From Octopus vulgaris (lineage: Eukaryota), in contig OX597829.1 of NCBI GenBank assembly GCA_951406725.2, positions 40,548,001 through 40,612,000 of the forward strand: a stretch of DNA of 64,000 nucleotides, given 5' to 3'. Below, piece after piece: positions 63,781 to 64,000 of the stretch (position 1 is its first letter; every line of letters begins with the position of its first letter). Position numbers and translations under genes: made by a program. The notes beneath the pieces were generated by a model. It was not told the origin of the DNA and made no database searches. It worked only from the letters and a program-made list of their open reading frames with translations.

Positions 63781-64000
63781 ATGTGTATTATGGCTTTGAG
63801 AAAGGAAAACTTAATAGGGTGATATGGAGAAGCAATGAAGAAGAGAAAAAAACAGTCTTGGAGAATAAAGAAAAAGGGTCAAGACTAAAACAAATGTGAG
63901 AGGGGATATGGCATTTACCATATATTTCCATATAGTACACACACTCACACACACATGTATATATACATACATGTACAAATATATTCACTGTTATAAATAC

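Overview
AT-rich, microsatellite-dense eukaryotic DNA. The SINE/LINE/MITE set and (TA)n/(CA)n load suggest an octopod cephalopod (Octopus-like); this is inferred from recall of repeat sequences, not from a search. The only credible host-gene signal is one spliced coding exon (2085-2636, +, phase 0/0, two psi-K-x-E SUMO motifs). I could support no further exon, so the remaining ~61 kb looks like a large intron or flank filled with mobile DNA. That DNA includes: a DD36E Tc1 remnant, two mariner remnants, TTAA (piggyBac-type) and TA (Tigger-type) MITEs, 5'-truncated CR1, RTE, Dong/R4 and L1/Tx1-like LINEs, a Penelope GIY-YIG fragment, and at least four SINE families (my labels A, B, D, V). The main findings are: (i) hammerhead-ribozyme (HHR) modules embedded in (TA)n, including a perfect 132-bp palindrome with a full type I hammerhead in each arm; (ii) two LINE-SINE 3'-tail partnerships visible within the window, one keeping a hairpin despite sequence change; (iii) SINE family B repeatedly inserting at the same GGTAY site inside its own copies; (iv) a 126-bp minisatellite derived from a MITE end; (v) a ~400-bp inverted duplication and a pre-miRNA-like hairpin. 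Most ORFs in the supplied track are microsatellite artefacts. Repeat boundaries are approximate unless a target-site duplication (TSD) or terminal inverted repeat (TIR) is quoted.
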